From positions 682,001 to 746,000 of the forward strand of contig NW_026250411.1 of the NCBI RefSeq assembly GCF_024521635.1: a DNA stretch of 64,000 bases, read 5' to 3'. Shown one piece after another: positions 1 through 15,136 of the stretch. Each line of letters opens with the position of its first letter. Positions within the stretch are counted from its first letter, which is position 1. The notes below the pieces were generated by a model that was not told the origin of the DNA, did no database searches, and saw only the letters and a list, made by a program, of their open reading frames with translations. The position numbers were made by a program, and so were the translations under genes. The stretch is from Tricharina praecox. Its lineage: Eukaryota.

Positions 1-2274
1 ACATGCTAGGTACTCCATACTAGTAACCACCTACTCGTCCCCTCACGATCACCATCCGCACCACCACCACCACCACCACCCCGCCCGCCGCTCGCCGCCG
101 CCGAGCAGTCGGGCATAGATACTAGTACTCTACTTAGATGCGAACAAATCCAGCACGTGGTGCACCCTGCGTTCGCGGCGGCGCGGAAACCATCGGCGCT
201 GTCGTCGTGGTTGTCGTCATTGACCGGGTGCTCCTCTGCTCTGCTCTGCTCTACCGTACCCAGCTGCAGCAGTCGTGAGAGGCGGAGGTCATGCGCGATG
301 TTCTCCTACACTTGTGACAAGCACTCTAGCCGGCTGGTCGACCAGTCACGTTTGTTCTGCTCTGTTCTGCGTGAGGGGAGAGGAGGAGAGGAGGAGGTGG
401 TGGAGGGTTGGGTGCAATGTAGAGTATGCGTGTCGGTCAGCGCATGCGTGTGTGAAGGATAGACAGACGAACCACACGACGACTTGAACATGGGCCGGAT
501 CCAAAACACTCCAGCAGAACGTGAGCACGAAGATGAAGATGCGGGACCGGATAGTAGTGGTGGGTAATGGCACGGTGTGAAACAATGTATCTAGACCACC
601 CACTGCACCCAAGAAGATAATCGGACCGCCCCTCCTCCCCACCCTCCCCACCATCCAGCTTCTCCTCACGCACTGTTTCTCTCCAGGTATTCAATCTATA
701 TCTCCATTTCATTGGGGGCGGGGAGGGGCGAGGCGGAGTCTGTCGGTCGGTCGGGGACACGCACCACGCACCGCACCACGCACCGCACCACACACGCACA
801 CGTCGATGCGAGCCCATCGTCATGCTCTCGTTGGAGAATTGATTGATTACTATTGCCTGTACAGTACATAGAAGCAGTGATCTGGGGTTGGGGGCGATTC
901 GATGAAGGGTTTTTTCGGCGATGACGGTGGGCCCGGGGAGATTGTTTGCGCAGGCTGGAAAGTCGTGTATAGTACCTATGGTAAGGTAAGGTGGGGCCCC
1001 AATGGGGTAGAGTATGTAGATGGCCGGCGGGGAGCCTGGGAGCTGGGGAGCCGGGGAGTGAAAGTGACCTGCCTGCTTGCCCGCAAAGACTAGAATCCCC
1101 AGAATCCCCCACAGCATCAGATCACATCCGCAGCTCAGAGTGCGGTATCGATGATACTAGTTGGCGGGTACATGAGGTATCGAAGGTACAGATGCATACA
1201 CACGATCTCATTCGAAGCTTGAAGCTCAAAGCTCAAAGCTCAAGCTCGTCTACCATACCTACTCCAGTAGATCTGCCCCTCTCCCCCCGGATCCCCACGG
1301 ATCCCCGCAGTACTGAACTGAAACGAACCACCCATCTAAACTCAACGACCCATCTGAACTGAACTGCACTGAACGGACGGTGCAGCCGTCCGTCCATCTG
1401 TCCGTCGTCGGTCCCGTCCGTCAGCCCCGTCAGTCCCGTCCATCAGTCCCGTCCATCCCATCAGTGCGGATATGAAACATCCTCAACCGACGTCCACGCA
1501 CAAGCAAACAGAATACAGAATATCGTGCAACGTATGATATCGCCACCCCGCGTCCGGGACATATGTAGGTAAAGTACGGTAGATACTCAACAACTGAATA
1601 CACCTCCTTCCTCCGCCGCCGCCACCGCTGTTGCCGCACAATTACAATCTCACGAGAACGAAAACGTCGTCGACGTTGCCGGCGTTGACGAGGACGAGCA
1701 CGAGCAACGCAAACAAAGACATAAGCAAACAAACACATGGCCCAGTACCACCACACCAGACCCACACACGCACGCGTCGTACGCCTCGAACCGTCCGTCC
1801 CCCAAAAACACCCACGACTGTGACGATAGTAACGACGGTAACGACCTTGACGAGGTTCTCGCTCCATCCGCGCCAAAACTAAACCCGAAACCGAAATACG
1901 CATCCAAGCACGCACGTTTATCGACAGGTCATTATTATCTCTCTCTCCCCGCTCTCTGTCTCTCGCTACTCTCGTGTCCTCAGGCTCCTGGGGCTCCTCC
2001 GACACAGGCTGCTGAGGACCTTCTGTCCATGTAGATCTCCACCTACCGGCCTACCTACACACAAACCGACCAGTCGGCAGGTGTGATATGTATGTAAGAA
2101 GCATCAGGACTAGGTATGCATGTACGGTATGGTATGTAGGTTCTATAGGTTTTGTGGACTTACGAGACTTGTGGACTTGTGAACTTTAACCACCGACCAA
2201 CTACCTGCCTGCCTGTCTAGATGCCTACTTTATGTACTTTACGTGCTTTACGTGCTTTAAACGACGACGGCGCC

Positions 2275-2369
2275 TGGCTGGATGGCTGGATGGCTGGATG
2301 GCTGGATGGCTGGATGGCTGGATGGCTGGCTGGATGGTTGGATGGTTGGCCGCTGGCTGGCTGGCTGGC
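2275..2369. repeat. (GGATGGCT)n/(TGGC)n microsatellite
   Basis: Imperfect tandem GGATGGCT octamers grading into TGGC tetramers. Confidence 0.85.
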
Positions 2370-3800
2370 CCGCACTGGCTTACTCTAGGTTACAGGTACT
2401 CACTCTACGCCAACACTCCGCGAGATCACGATACCAACCAGCTCACCAACTCACCAGCTCGACGATAGGTACGGTACTTGAGTTACCCCGCTTCACATTC
2501 ACACGCTTCACACCCTGCGTCCGTGATTCGTGAATTGCTCGCTCGCCTTGCCCCGTCGCCCGTCGCCCATCCCCCGTCCCCCGTCACTCCCCAGCACCAG
2601 CCCAGACTAGGTACTGTGAGACCTTGTCCACTGACCATCATGGTCCCATGTACGGTATGATGTACGTACGACAGACAACGTCTCACGATACCTACATAAT
2701 GCGGGGAAAGCAGAGCTGGGGAGAGAAAGCGGAGGAAAAATAAAATAAGGATTCACCCCCTCCCTTCCTCCCTCCCGCACCGGCACCGCACTGCACCGCA
2801 CTGCAGTGAGAGCGAGCGATGATCATTCCCTCATTCCCTATTGGCAAACCAAACCCCAACAAGACAAGAAAGAAACTGTTTTCTGCACTGTTTTCTGCAC
2901 CGCACTGCAACTGCAACTGCAAGATAGACATGCCGCGATTTCGGTCGTTTTTGCTTTGATCATACCGTGACTACATAAACGTGATGTGTACCGGTAAGTA
3001 GCGGGCTGGACTTTCGTTTCTTCTTTTCTCCACAATCCACAATCTCGCTCGCCTAGAACGTCCGCAAAAAAAAACGAAGGAAAAGAAGAAAGAAAAACGA
3101 AGGAAGAAAAAAAAGTGAAAACGGCAACAGATGAGGAGAACATCTCACGCACGTAGTTACAGTACAGTACATGCTGAGGTGTTAGGTGCTCCGCAATGTA
3201 GGTAATGCAAGCAATGCAATGTAAGTAATGCAATGCAAGCCAACAAGCCCAACAAACACAACAAACACAACACAAACACAACCGGTAATGTTCGTGAGCC
3301 TCCGCTGTGGTGATGATGATCATTGACCCAGAGCAAACAGTCGGCTTATACGCATGGCTGTGTTTGTTTGCTTGTAACTCGGACGGGGATGGGGACAGGG
3401 ACGGGGACGGGTACTGCGATAAACGCTCTTTGCATTGGGTTTGCCGCTGTAAGCCTGCTCGGGATGAGCTGCTATTCGTATGGATTGCTTCAAGGCTCGG
3501 AGGATACCGGAGTCTACTGTATGGCGAACACGGGGAGTATATACCGTGTAGAATACATAACCCAAAGTTGAAACTTGAACAGCCTTCTACTTTTGCTTCT
3601 CGAATGTTTCCGGCACCAAGCCGGTTCGCCTCTCCTACCTCCGATATATATCATGTCCGCCGAACATTCGCCATAAACATCTATTTAGAGTAGTACCTAC
3701 CGCACTCTACATATTTCCATGTCGAGCCATCACTTCCGAGCTTCGACAGCATTACTCTATATCCAGCCCATCCAGTAAGGGTCCTCAAACTCGTTTCGTT

Positions 3801-3906
3801 CTCTGCTGTGCTCTGCTGTGCTCTGCTGTGCTCTGCTGTGCTCTGCTGTGCTCTGCTGTGCTCTGCTGTGCTCTGCTGTGCTCTGCTGTGCTCTGCTGTG
3901 CTCTGC
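3801..3906. repeat. (CTCTGCTGTG)x10.6 perfect tandem repeat
   Basis: Ten exact decamer copies plus CTCTGC. Confidence 0.97.
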
Positions 3907-5257
3907 ATAGAGTATTACCATTGGCCCAGCATCCAACTTCTGCATCCAGCTCTTGCATCCATACATCCATCCATACATCCAGCCAACCCAACCCAAATTA
4001 CCCAACCCAACCCAACCCACCGCCTCCCCTCCACTCCCTCCTCTCCACTCCACATCTCCACTCCGATGCCACCACTGCAAAAAACGTCACCGCATATGTA
4101 TCTCTCGTGAGTACGGAACCTACGGTACGGTAGAGTAGGCCACCTCGGCAATACTGCGCAGCTGCGCTGGCGGCGATCATGATGTGTGGCTATGTAAGCT
4201 AGGTGTGTAGGGTATGGAGGCTAGGTGGGATATGATGGAGGCTACTACGGTTTGGGAGGTTATTCCGCTGTCAGCTAGACTAGCTGGTGCTATGGTACGG
4301 AACTAGTAGTAGATAGGGTAGGGTACGGTAGGGTGGTAGTTGGAGCAGTCGAAAAAAATCTTCCGATCGGAGAAGGGGGGAGGGGAAGGGCTCGCGAGTC
4401 GCGATACTAGTTGATACGATGATTCTTTCGCCACCCAGAGCAAAGCGAAGCCACCATCTGAACTCTGGATGGGACGGACGACTGGCAACGGGAACTGGAA
4501 AGGAAAGTGGTCGCGTGCAGCGTGCTTTTGACTTTTTCGATGAATTTTCGATGAATTTTCGATGACTTTTCGATAAACTTTCCTTTCCTTTCCTTTCGCC
4601 TTCGGGGCTTTTTTTTTTTGCTTTCGGGGGCGGGGTTTTTAGCCTTTTTCTCGCCGAGGGTTTCGGATCATCGCCGACGACGACGACGACGACAACGAAA
4701 TCATCAGCCCACCTGCTGGCCGATCTTCCGACGGCGCTGGTCAGTGGCTTCGGGGGTTCGGTATGGACTAACTGCTGGTCCAACGTCGTTAGATGATCGA
4801 GACATGTAGCTACCTGTCGGATGTAGCTACCTGTCGGCACGGAGGTGCTAGTGTCTTGAGGATAGTAGTTATCCACCTGATTGACGCTCCGCTGTATGTA
4901 CTCTAGATACATAATACGGTATCTAGTGGTCACTGACAAGTCGCCGGGCTCTCGATACCAAAGTACCTGCCCAAGTACCTACATGCCCAAATACACTACA
5001 CAAGTATGGAGATATGTCCACTAGGTACTTGGGTATATATCGGCCATGCACTGGCAGCACAGCACGCGCATTGACGGGCATTGACGGGCACCGGAGCCAT
5101 GTAGAGTACTCTACCTATCACAGGGTGCATACTATACACGCAGACATATTCGTGAATGTTTTGACCTTTCGTGTCTGCACGTGTGTTGGTGGGCAACACA
5201 CGTGCCGTATGTCATGATAGTTATGCCGCACGATCACTCACTCACTCACTCACCAAT

Positions 5258-5302
5258 TCGCAGGAGTCGCAGGAGTCGCAGGAGTCGCAGGAGTCGCAGG
5301 AG
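5258..5302. repeat. (CGCAGGAGT)n 9-bp tandem repeat
   Basis: About five consecutive copies. Confidence 0.85.
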
Positions 5303-6996
5303 CCCGACCTGCCCGTATCGGCATCTGCGCGACACTGCACGGTGCATACGGTAGGTATCTAGATGCTTCACGTTACTCTATAGATATAAGGGTATGCATA
5401 CCAAAGTCCCGATCCGCCGGCCGAGTACGAGAGTACTAGGTACTCTAGTAAGACTTACCTGGAGTATTTACCGACGGCACATGTCAGATCCGACTACTGA
5501 CCAGACAGAGAGGTTCCAGTTGCAGTTGCGCTGTGTCAATCGACGATGTCAAGACCCAACCCAACCCAACCCCAGCGCAGCTCGGCTCGGCTCAGCTTAG
5601 CTCAGCCCAACTTAACCTTCGCAGCTCAGCCCAACCCTCGCAGGCCCAACCCTCGCAGAGTCGCAGCCCAGTCAAACCTTCCCAGACCAGCCCAACCCTC
5701 GCAGCCGAATCTAACCCCACCACCGGAAAATAACGTAAAAAGAATCGACCCGGCTCGCAGGGCAGCACGCCCGCGGGATAAATCTCTCGCGAACCTCGAG
5801 GCCCGGGGTCGGCGTCGGAGGTCGGCGCTTTTTTTCCGGTTGACGGAACGGGCGGCGCGGGGGGTTGGTTGGTGGTTGGTTGGGCGGGCTGGACAGCCAC
5901 CCACACAGCCACTCAGCGGCTCTGCTTTGGATATGGTAGTGCAGTCAACTGAGGCGCTGCGGTAGTTAACCATGGCGGTCCGCGGATCGCGGCGGATGAG
6001 CGGTGATGAGCGGTGATATGCGGTGTCGGTATGGAGTCCGGCCACGAGCCCGACCACGAGCCTGGTGGTGGTGGGGGCGGGGAGGGCACGAGGCTTTTCG
6101 ACTTGAAGATCCCCCTCCCCGCGAAAGTTTTGTGGTTTGCAGTTTGCATGTGAAATCCACCGTCACGGCGTCACGGTGTTGATCACATACCTACTACCGG
6201 TATGATGGTCCACCATACCACCATACATACCGTACCCACGCTGCTGGTCGTCATCGTGGACGGGACGCTAAACTTTAATGCCGTTTACTCTATCTGCATA
6301 CGTCCGCAGTGCTGATCTGGATTCTGGAAACTCGAGTCGTCGAATTCGATATTTGATGTCGTCGGACTCGCAGTCTTGCCAGGGAATTGATATTCAAAAC
6401 TTACATATGATGTGTCGGACTGCACTGCATATCTGTCGATTACATACGGTCATCCGGGCAGCGGGCTTATAATATGATATAATTGGTAGTAGCGGGCGTC
6501 ATGGTAATGGTCATGGTCTTTGGTGAGACGGTGAGACCTGTCACTTACCCACTTACTCACCGGTATATATCCAGCGGATGATCACGATCATGACAACACC
6601 GTACGGCACGGTAGCCTGGCTGAGGAAACATCTGTGCATGCAATCATTTGTCCAAACATGCACGCATGCATACGTTCCGATGACATCTCCCCTCTAAGCC
6701 AGCCAGCCCTCCTTTCCTTTCCTCGCAACGTCAACTCCGTAGCCCAAGCCGCAACCCACTCACCCGCCCCGCCCGCCCCGCCCGCCCCGCCCGCCTGTCC
6801 GCCCCTCCATCAGTCAGTCCGTCATCCCCCGTGGATCCTCACGCTCACGCACAGTGAGATCACCCTGACATCTCAGCTGCGTTGCGCTGCGTTGCGTTGG
6901 GGCCGTCGTCGTCGATAGTACACCCCCTCCCCCCCTTCCCCCTCCCCCTCCCCTCCCCCCTCCCCCATCATCATCCACGATCGTCGCGCACGCGCA

Positions 6997-7042
6997 ATAT
7001 ACGATATACGATATACGATATACGATATACGATATACGATAT
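6997..7042. repeat. (ATACG)n microsatellite
   Basis: About eight consecutive pentamers. Confidence 0.9.
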
Positions 7043-9402
7043 CATCTTGCCGCAAGTGTGGAGTGTATAGTGTAGAGTGTAGAGATTCCCGGGGCACTGG
7101 GACTATGGGACGTCGTGGAGGCATGGTGTGATATGATATGATACCGGTACTATACTAGGTAGATGGTATAGGTGGTAGCCATCTATGCCGGAGGCACAAC
7201 TCCAATAATCGACTCCTCGAGAATTAGAGAACTGGAACTCGGTGGAACCTTCGCCAACTCGACAACCCTCCCTCGAGAACTGGAACGAGAACTCGGTGGA
7301 ACCTCCGCCAGCCCGACCCGGCTGCCAATCGTGGGCTGTCCTCATCTCCCCCCGACCCACCCCCCGTCCCCACGTCCCGGAAAACAACATGCGAGTAGAG
7401 TATCTACATCATACACATATACAGCTTCAACTTCAACTTCAGTACTCTACATCCACTTCACCGCCACAGCGAGCCGGGGGTATCGCGAGCTTCAACAGCC
7501 ACAGTAGACTACCGTACTCTACTGTCGACTGGAGTACCGTACCGTACCCCAGCGAGCAGGCACAGGCAGCCGGTATCTACATATTTACATACATCGCAGC
7601 GGGGGGTCCGGGGTCGCACGCCCCCTCCTCGCGCAGTACATTTCCATACATACGGTAGGTAGAGTACATATAGCAGAGCAGAGCAGAGTACCGGCACTGA
7701 GTATCCAGGCAGGCAGGCAGGCAGGCAGGCAGATAATCTGCAGCCACTGCGGCATACTCTACAACTCTACACTCGTACATAGGAGAGGAGATACCCAGTC
7801 GGTCGTCAGTCATTCAACCATCAGCAGCAGCAGCACGCGGCGTCGCATCCACCAGAATCGCCAGAATGTAGGAACGATCTCGCATTCCTGACGGAAACAC
7901 TCTATCGGTGGGTAAGTAAGTTACGATCTGTCGCAAGCAAGCAACTCGTTTCCATTCTATTCTATTAGAGTACTCTATAGTACATATGATACCACGTTCC
8001 TCTGTCCGGACTCCGCACCTTGTGATGGCTGGTTATCTCTAGAGAAATGCTCCTTATCGCGCGCTGTGGTTGTAGCGTGGGGACACACGCTGCTACTGGG
8101 CGTGGGGGCCCAGCGATCGATCTGGCACGTTGATGCGGGCGGTTTGTAGACGAATTCGCGAGGTTCATGGGCGGGAACTCGACAGGCTCGGCCCGCTATT
8201 GGTGTTACGTACTTATGGAGGCTGGCTCAGCAGGGTGGGCGCAGCCGACGCGCCAAGCAGGAGGCAGTACTCTGGGCAGTACTCTGGGCAATGGGCAAAC
8301 GGGCAATGGGCAGAATAGGTGCGACGCGCGTGAGTGCTGATGTGTGATGTGTGCTGTCTGTGTAACTATTACAGAGGCACTCTACCATACTCTATCCACC
8401 ACCGGCCAACTACAGCAATTACTGCCGGTTCCCACATCGGCAACGTCCGGTTTCCACACTTCCACACTTCCACACTTCCACACTTCCACACTCGGAAACG
8501 TAACATCGCCCCCTAGGCTTGCTCCCCTTGCTCCCGGATGGGATTCGAATTGAAGCTGCTGCTGATTCTGCAGTGCAGACACAAGTTGGGATGAGATATT
8601 TTTCTGATCCCAGCGTTTTTCTTCTTTGTTTTTCCCCGTTACACTACCTGGGTGCTCTACACAGAACGGCGAGTGAGCACGGACAAAAGAACGAGCAGAA
8701 CCAGCAGAAAGCAGAAAAGAAGGGGGGGCGGATCTTTAATCTAATCCAATCCAGTCCAATCCAGAGGGTCAATGCCGGGTAGAGTAACTAGTCCCGTACA
8801 GTACCGTATATAGAGTACCGGCGCCCTGCATGCGCCATTCGGCCCGCAGGCAGGCGACGGGGCGTGGCGTGTCAGGAATAGAGATGGAAGGATTGATGGC
8901 GCACCTCTGCTAGATACATACCATCTATGGGTTCTAGCTTCGGAAATGGAATATTCCTCGCCTTCCATCTCACTAGGTATTCGAAGCTCCACTTTGCACC
9001 TACTTGGGTATGCTATGTATGTAACTACATATTCCTCCCCCCGATCCTCCCCCGATCGTGTCTTCAGGGGAGGGAGGGGGGGTCAAAGTGGCGAGTGCCT
9101 GCGTGTGATGCGTGCATGGATACAGAGGGTAACCACCCTCAGTTTGGGAAATGTCCGTCTGTCGTCGCCGGATGGACCTTGCATACGACTATATCTGCAG
9201 TCTGCAGTCTGCGGTCTCACCGAGTGCATAGACGAGACAAAAATGTCGGCACATTATTCGACATGGACATAGGGTAGCCGTGGAAGCAAATGATTTGGTA
9301 TTGTTCCATATTCTACTAGCACGCCGACAAATCCCTTCCGCTGATTCGCGGTGATTCGTGCTGGAAAAAAAAACTGCCAGACCCCAGATCGAGCTCTAAA
9401 GG

Positions 9403-11292
9403 CTAAACGGTCTCCCGTGCCTCGAGTTGAACCGCCTTTACAGCCCTGGCCAGCTCCTCCTCCTTCAGTCCCTTCGTTGCAAGTCGCGCCTGCACCTCCT
9501 GGACAATCTCCACCAACTTCACGTCGACACCGTTCTTTTCCGGGTGGCCATCTGGCAGCCCCATCTCCTTGATCTTGACCACTCCCGCCGCCAGCTCGTC
9601 TTCGCCCAGGACTACCGCGTAGGGCACGCCGTGCTTCTCCGCGCCCGCGAATTGCTGCATGAGCTTTGGCTTGACTTTGTAGAGGAACTCGGCCTGGCTG
9701 GCGTTAGTGCGATGTGACGGGGAGAGGGGGGGTGAGAAGTGAAGTGACAAACCTTGATCCCGGCGTCCCAGAGCGTCTTGCACACCTCCATCCGCTCCTT
9801 CATCAAGCCGGTGAAGCCCTTTCCACCGAGCGCCATAACGTACACGTCGACCTCATTACCGCGAACCTCCTCCTCCATACGTGCCTTCGAGATCGAAAAG
9901 ATCCTGTCGACGCCGAACGAGATACCCACGCAGGGAATCTTTCCCTTGGCGGACTTGGAGAACATGCCGACCAACTCGTCGTATCTTCCACCGGCCGCGA
10001 TGGAGCCCACGCCGATGGAGTCGTCGTTGGAACGGTCGGCATCGGGATCGTCGCTCTTGGGTGGCTTGGGACCGCGCTTTCCACCGGCTTTGGCGCCGGG
10101 GGGCGCAGAGGCTTCCGTGATCACCTCGAAGATCACTCCCGTGTAGTAGTCGAGACCCCGCGCGAGTGAGAGGTCGAATGAGAGGACGGGCATGACATTG
10201 AAGACCTCAAGGTAGTCGATCAGCAAACCCATGTCCGTGAGGCCGGCGGCGAACGAGGCGTTGGAGGCGAGCTCGGGGATCTCCTTGAGTTCGTCGAGGA
10301 GGTCGCGGCCGCCCTTCTTGAGCACGTACTGGCCGATCTTGTCGGCGACCTCGGGATCGAGCCCCTTCTCCTCCGTCATCTCTTTTCGTACCTCCTCCCA
10401 TGACATCTGAGCGGTGAGTGTAAGTGCGTGGAAAGCCGAGTGATATCACGAGTGAAAATCCTCACCTTGTCCAGCTTATCAACCGCGCTCGAAATCTGTC
10501 TGATCTTGTCGGACGGTACCCCACAGATCTCAAACAGTCCATCGAGGATCTTCCGGTGATTGATCTTGATCGTATACTTTCCAATGTTCAGACTATCCAG
10601 GATCTCCATCGCAATCCTGAGGATCTCTGCGTCGGGGAGCATAGGGTCGTAAACACCCGCGATATCGAAATCGCACTGGTAGAATTCCCTCATCCGTCCC
10701 TTCGCCATGGCGGGCTGATCGCGGCGATACACCTTCGCGATGTGGTAACGTTTGATCGCGGTGATCTGGGGGTTCATCGCGAGCCATCGTGCGAACGGCA
10801 CCGTCAGGTCGTAGCGGAGCGAGCAGATCTCGCCGCCCTGGTCCGCAAGATCGTAGATGAGCTTGGAGTCCTCGCCGTACTTGCCCGTCAGGACCTCGCG
10901 CAGCTCGAAGACCCTGTGGTGGTGCCGCGTGAGTCAGCGCCGGTCTCTCTCTCTGTGTGTGTATGTGGACGGAGGAGGATGGTAGGGCGCGCATACGGCG
11001 TGTCAATCGTCACTCCTCCGTGACGCTTGAAGACCGTCGTGATGCCGTTGAAGATCCGGTCGCGGATCACCATGTCCTTGCCCTCCCAGTCCTTGGTGCC
11101 CTTCGGCACCTTGAGGTCGATCTTGCCCTTCTTTTCTTTGGGCGGCATGTCTCGTATTTCGCGCGGGGGAGTGTCCGAGAGGAGGTCGGTTGGGAGTGAG
11201 AAGTGCCGTACGAAGGGTGCGAGTGGAAGGCGTTTCGTCGTCGTCGTAGTCGTTGGTATTCGTATGGAACGTAAAAGACAGCGACGACTCAT
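9403..11292 (-). CDS. HTS1: Histidyl-tRNA synthetase, 4 exons (11292/11148-10997, 10913-10466, 10406-9753, 9693-9403); two in-frame ATGs
   Basis: Motifs [68 protein letters not shown] introns keep the frame. Confidence 0.97.
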
Positions 11293-11600
11293 TGGCGGGG
11301 TGATACAATAGCGGGGAAGTCAATACGCGTGCGCAGCGACTAGGTTTGAAGCTGGTGTGCGGTGGCTGGTGAGACTGTGGCACTCCCGAAGAACGCAAAT
11401 ACATTGTACCTGCTTGCACTTGAACGATTTGATTCGCGATTCTTTGCTTCGATATAATCACCGCATGTTGGGAAATCCGGAGTAGCGATTTCCGATCATA
11501 CCCACACTCGGTGTTTCGAAAAGCCCGTTGCGCGAAAGTACTGCCTTGCATATCGACATCACGACACCATCTCTCTCTCCACCCACGTAGAGCAACCGCA

Positions 11601-12577
<977 letters not shown>

Positions 12578-12671
12578 ACACACCAAAGTTGCAATTGTTC
12601 TACGAGCTCCGTGAATGCCTGTCATGAATTGTAATTCTACTGCTATGCTTATGGATACACCAATGGTCACT

Positions 12672-14374
12672 TCACGCATCAATAGAATCCACCATAATCT
12701 TTGGCTCCAGCGTAGAAAAGTGCTCAAAGTAGCTCTTGAAGAGCTTCACCGCATGCTCGACATCGTGGGAACCACTATCGTCCGTACATTTTAGCCTTCA
12801 CCCACCACATACTACACTTAGGGAAGGAGAGACTAACCCGGTCTCACGAATGCTGTGCATGCTCAACTGCGCATTCCCCATATCGACGGTTCTCATACCG
12901 AGGGCCGCACTGAGCATGGGGCCGATAGTGGATCCACACGAAGAGTCGTTGCGCACAACGAACAGCTGCAGCGGCACACCAGCCTGTCTTGCGATCTCCT
13001 GCGTCATCACTATTCCGGGGGAGTTAGTGGCGTAACGGGCATTAGCGTTGACCTTGATCACCGGTCCGGAGTTCATGTTTGGCCTGTGGGAACTCTCGTA
13101 TTTTGCACCGTAGTTGGGGTGTACGGCGTGTGCTTGGTCGCAGGACCAGAGCATGCTCTTGATTAGAGACTCTTCGTAGGCAGATGTGGAGGGCGGTGGA
13201 GGGGAGCTGGAGTCGCCTGGGAGGACGGAGAGGCGACGGATTACGGCGGGAAGGAGGTTGGAGTCTGCGCCCTGTGCAGTCTGCGAGCCGATTTCTTCGT
13301 GGTCAAAGAGGGAGATGAGGCGGATAGCGGATTCATCGTCGAGGGAGGTGACGGATTCAATGAGACCTTCGGTCGCGCAGTAGGACATCATCTGGTTGTC
13401 GAGGCGCCCAGAGAAGATGAATTCATCGTTGAGACCACCGAGGACGGCTGCTTGAGTATCGTACAGAATCATCTCGAAGTCGATGATATCCGCAACCTCG
13501 ACGCCGGCTTCGGACGCGATACGTTCAACGACCGGCGCATGGTGACGCTCAGTGATCGCGGATAGCGGCTGGAAGTTGGGGTCCTTGCTGATTTCTTTCG
13601 TGTCGGTGGGGGCATCGGGGGTTTTATTGAGCTCTGTGGCGGCGAGGCCAGCGATAGGGAAGAGTTGTGTTTCCTTATTGAAAGTGAAGTTTTCTTGTCG
13701 GTCGAGGTGGATTGCGAGAGTGGGAATGCGGAGGATCGGACTGTCGACTTTGATGAGCTTGGAGACGATGTTTCCCCCCTTGTCGCGAACCATAGCCCGC
13801 CCGGCGATCGAGAGGTCGCGGTCGAACCACGTGTGCCAGAGTCCACCTGTCCATCCATCATCGTCAGCATCGTGATATGAAGTCTATCACACATAACCCC
13901 AACTAACCTCCGTACGTCTCGACACCAACCTGGATGTACGATCCATTCTCCCCAAACTTCTTCGAAACGGGCTTGATCCTCAACGCCGGCGAATCCGTAT
14001 GGGCACCGAGTAGAGCCATTCCATTTCCCGGCTATCTCCATCAGCGCTGCCCACCCACCCCATCCCGCCGGCGGTCACAAGACAGGACAAGCATACCTTC
14101 CACTTACTCCCGACCCCAAAGGCAACGATAGTCGATCCATTGCGTGTGAGAAAATACTTCCCACCCTTCTTGACCGTACTTGCCCACGGGTCCCTCTCGC
14201 GGATCTCACAGAAGCCCGCCTTCAGCAGCCGCTGTTTGACGGACTCGACCACGTGGAAAGCTATCGAGCTCAGTCAAACCCCCGCAGGTAGAACGGTGGA
14301 TGGAGCTTACGCGTGGGAGATGCATTGACGAATGAGAGGAAATCAACGGCGTATTTCTTTGTTGAGGATGCCAT
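12672..14374 (-). CDS. APE4: Aspartyl aminopeptidase (M18), multi-exon
   Basis: [66 protein letters not shown]. Confidence 0.95.
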
Positions 14375-15136
14375 TGTCGTTGTTCCAAGATGGTGTTGAT
14401 GGTGATTGTGGGGATTGCGGGGTGGTGCGGGAAGGTGCAGGTGGAGGTGGAGTTCACTTGCTGGTGTTACAGTGGGCCCAAACTCCTCGTGTGACCTTAG
14501 ATCGTCCGAAGCTGCTCGCGTTTTCTTTTAGTAAACTTGGACCACTTAACAATCAAAGCAGCCCTTCCTTCTTTCTGGAGTTTTTTGATCGATAGCTGGG
14601 GAAGTACTCACTGCGCATGACTCTGATAAGAGGGTATGAGTGCTATGGGTATGATTATCGTTGGGTTTGTGCAAGCGTTATGGGAGTGGCAGGGCTGGAA
14701 TTCCACCGCCTTGGATAAACGCGGCGACCAGTCAGAAGGTGGAACCATCATTGCGGACCTTACGTCTTCCTTTATTACGGATTACAGACGTGACGAGTTT
14801 GAGATTTGCCAGCGACGGCTTGGCCGGTAGCCGTCAGAGGTGCCTGTGAATAACACCAGGACGACGGAGAAGTCACGATGGGGTGGTCAGTTCATTCAAT
14901 CTCACTCGCCCAGGATATGAAAGCCTCGTTCAATCCATACAGTCCAAAGAAAGACTGTATGCGGAGTATAATTGATGTTCTCTCTCTCATGCAGTCCAAA
15001 GTTCCTCATAGGAAATCCTAACGTTTACAAAGAAAAACGCAACAAAACGCCCAAAAACGCCAAATTCGTATGCTGATAACTATCAACAATATGCACCACC
15101 CGGGTATCATCCATCCGCCTTCCACTACATTAGGTA

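Noticed and set aside
157..9277. Many 60-226 aa ORFs in the first 9 kb
   Set aside because: Low-complexity translations of SSRs, many with non-ATG starts, no recognisable domains or consistent splice structure.
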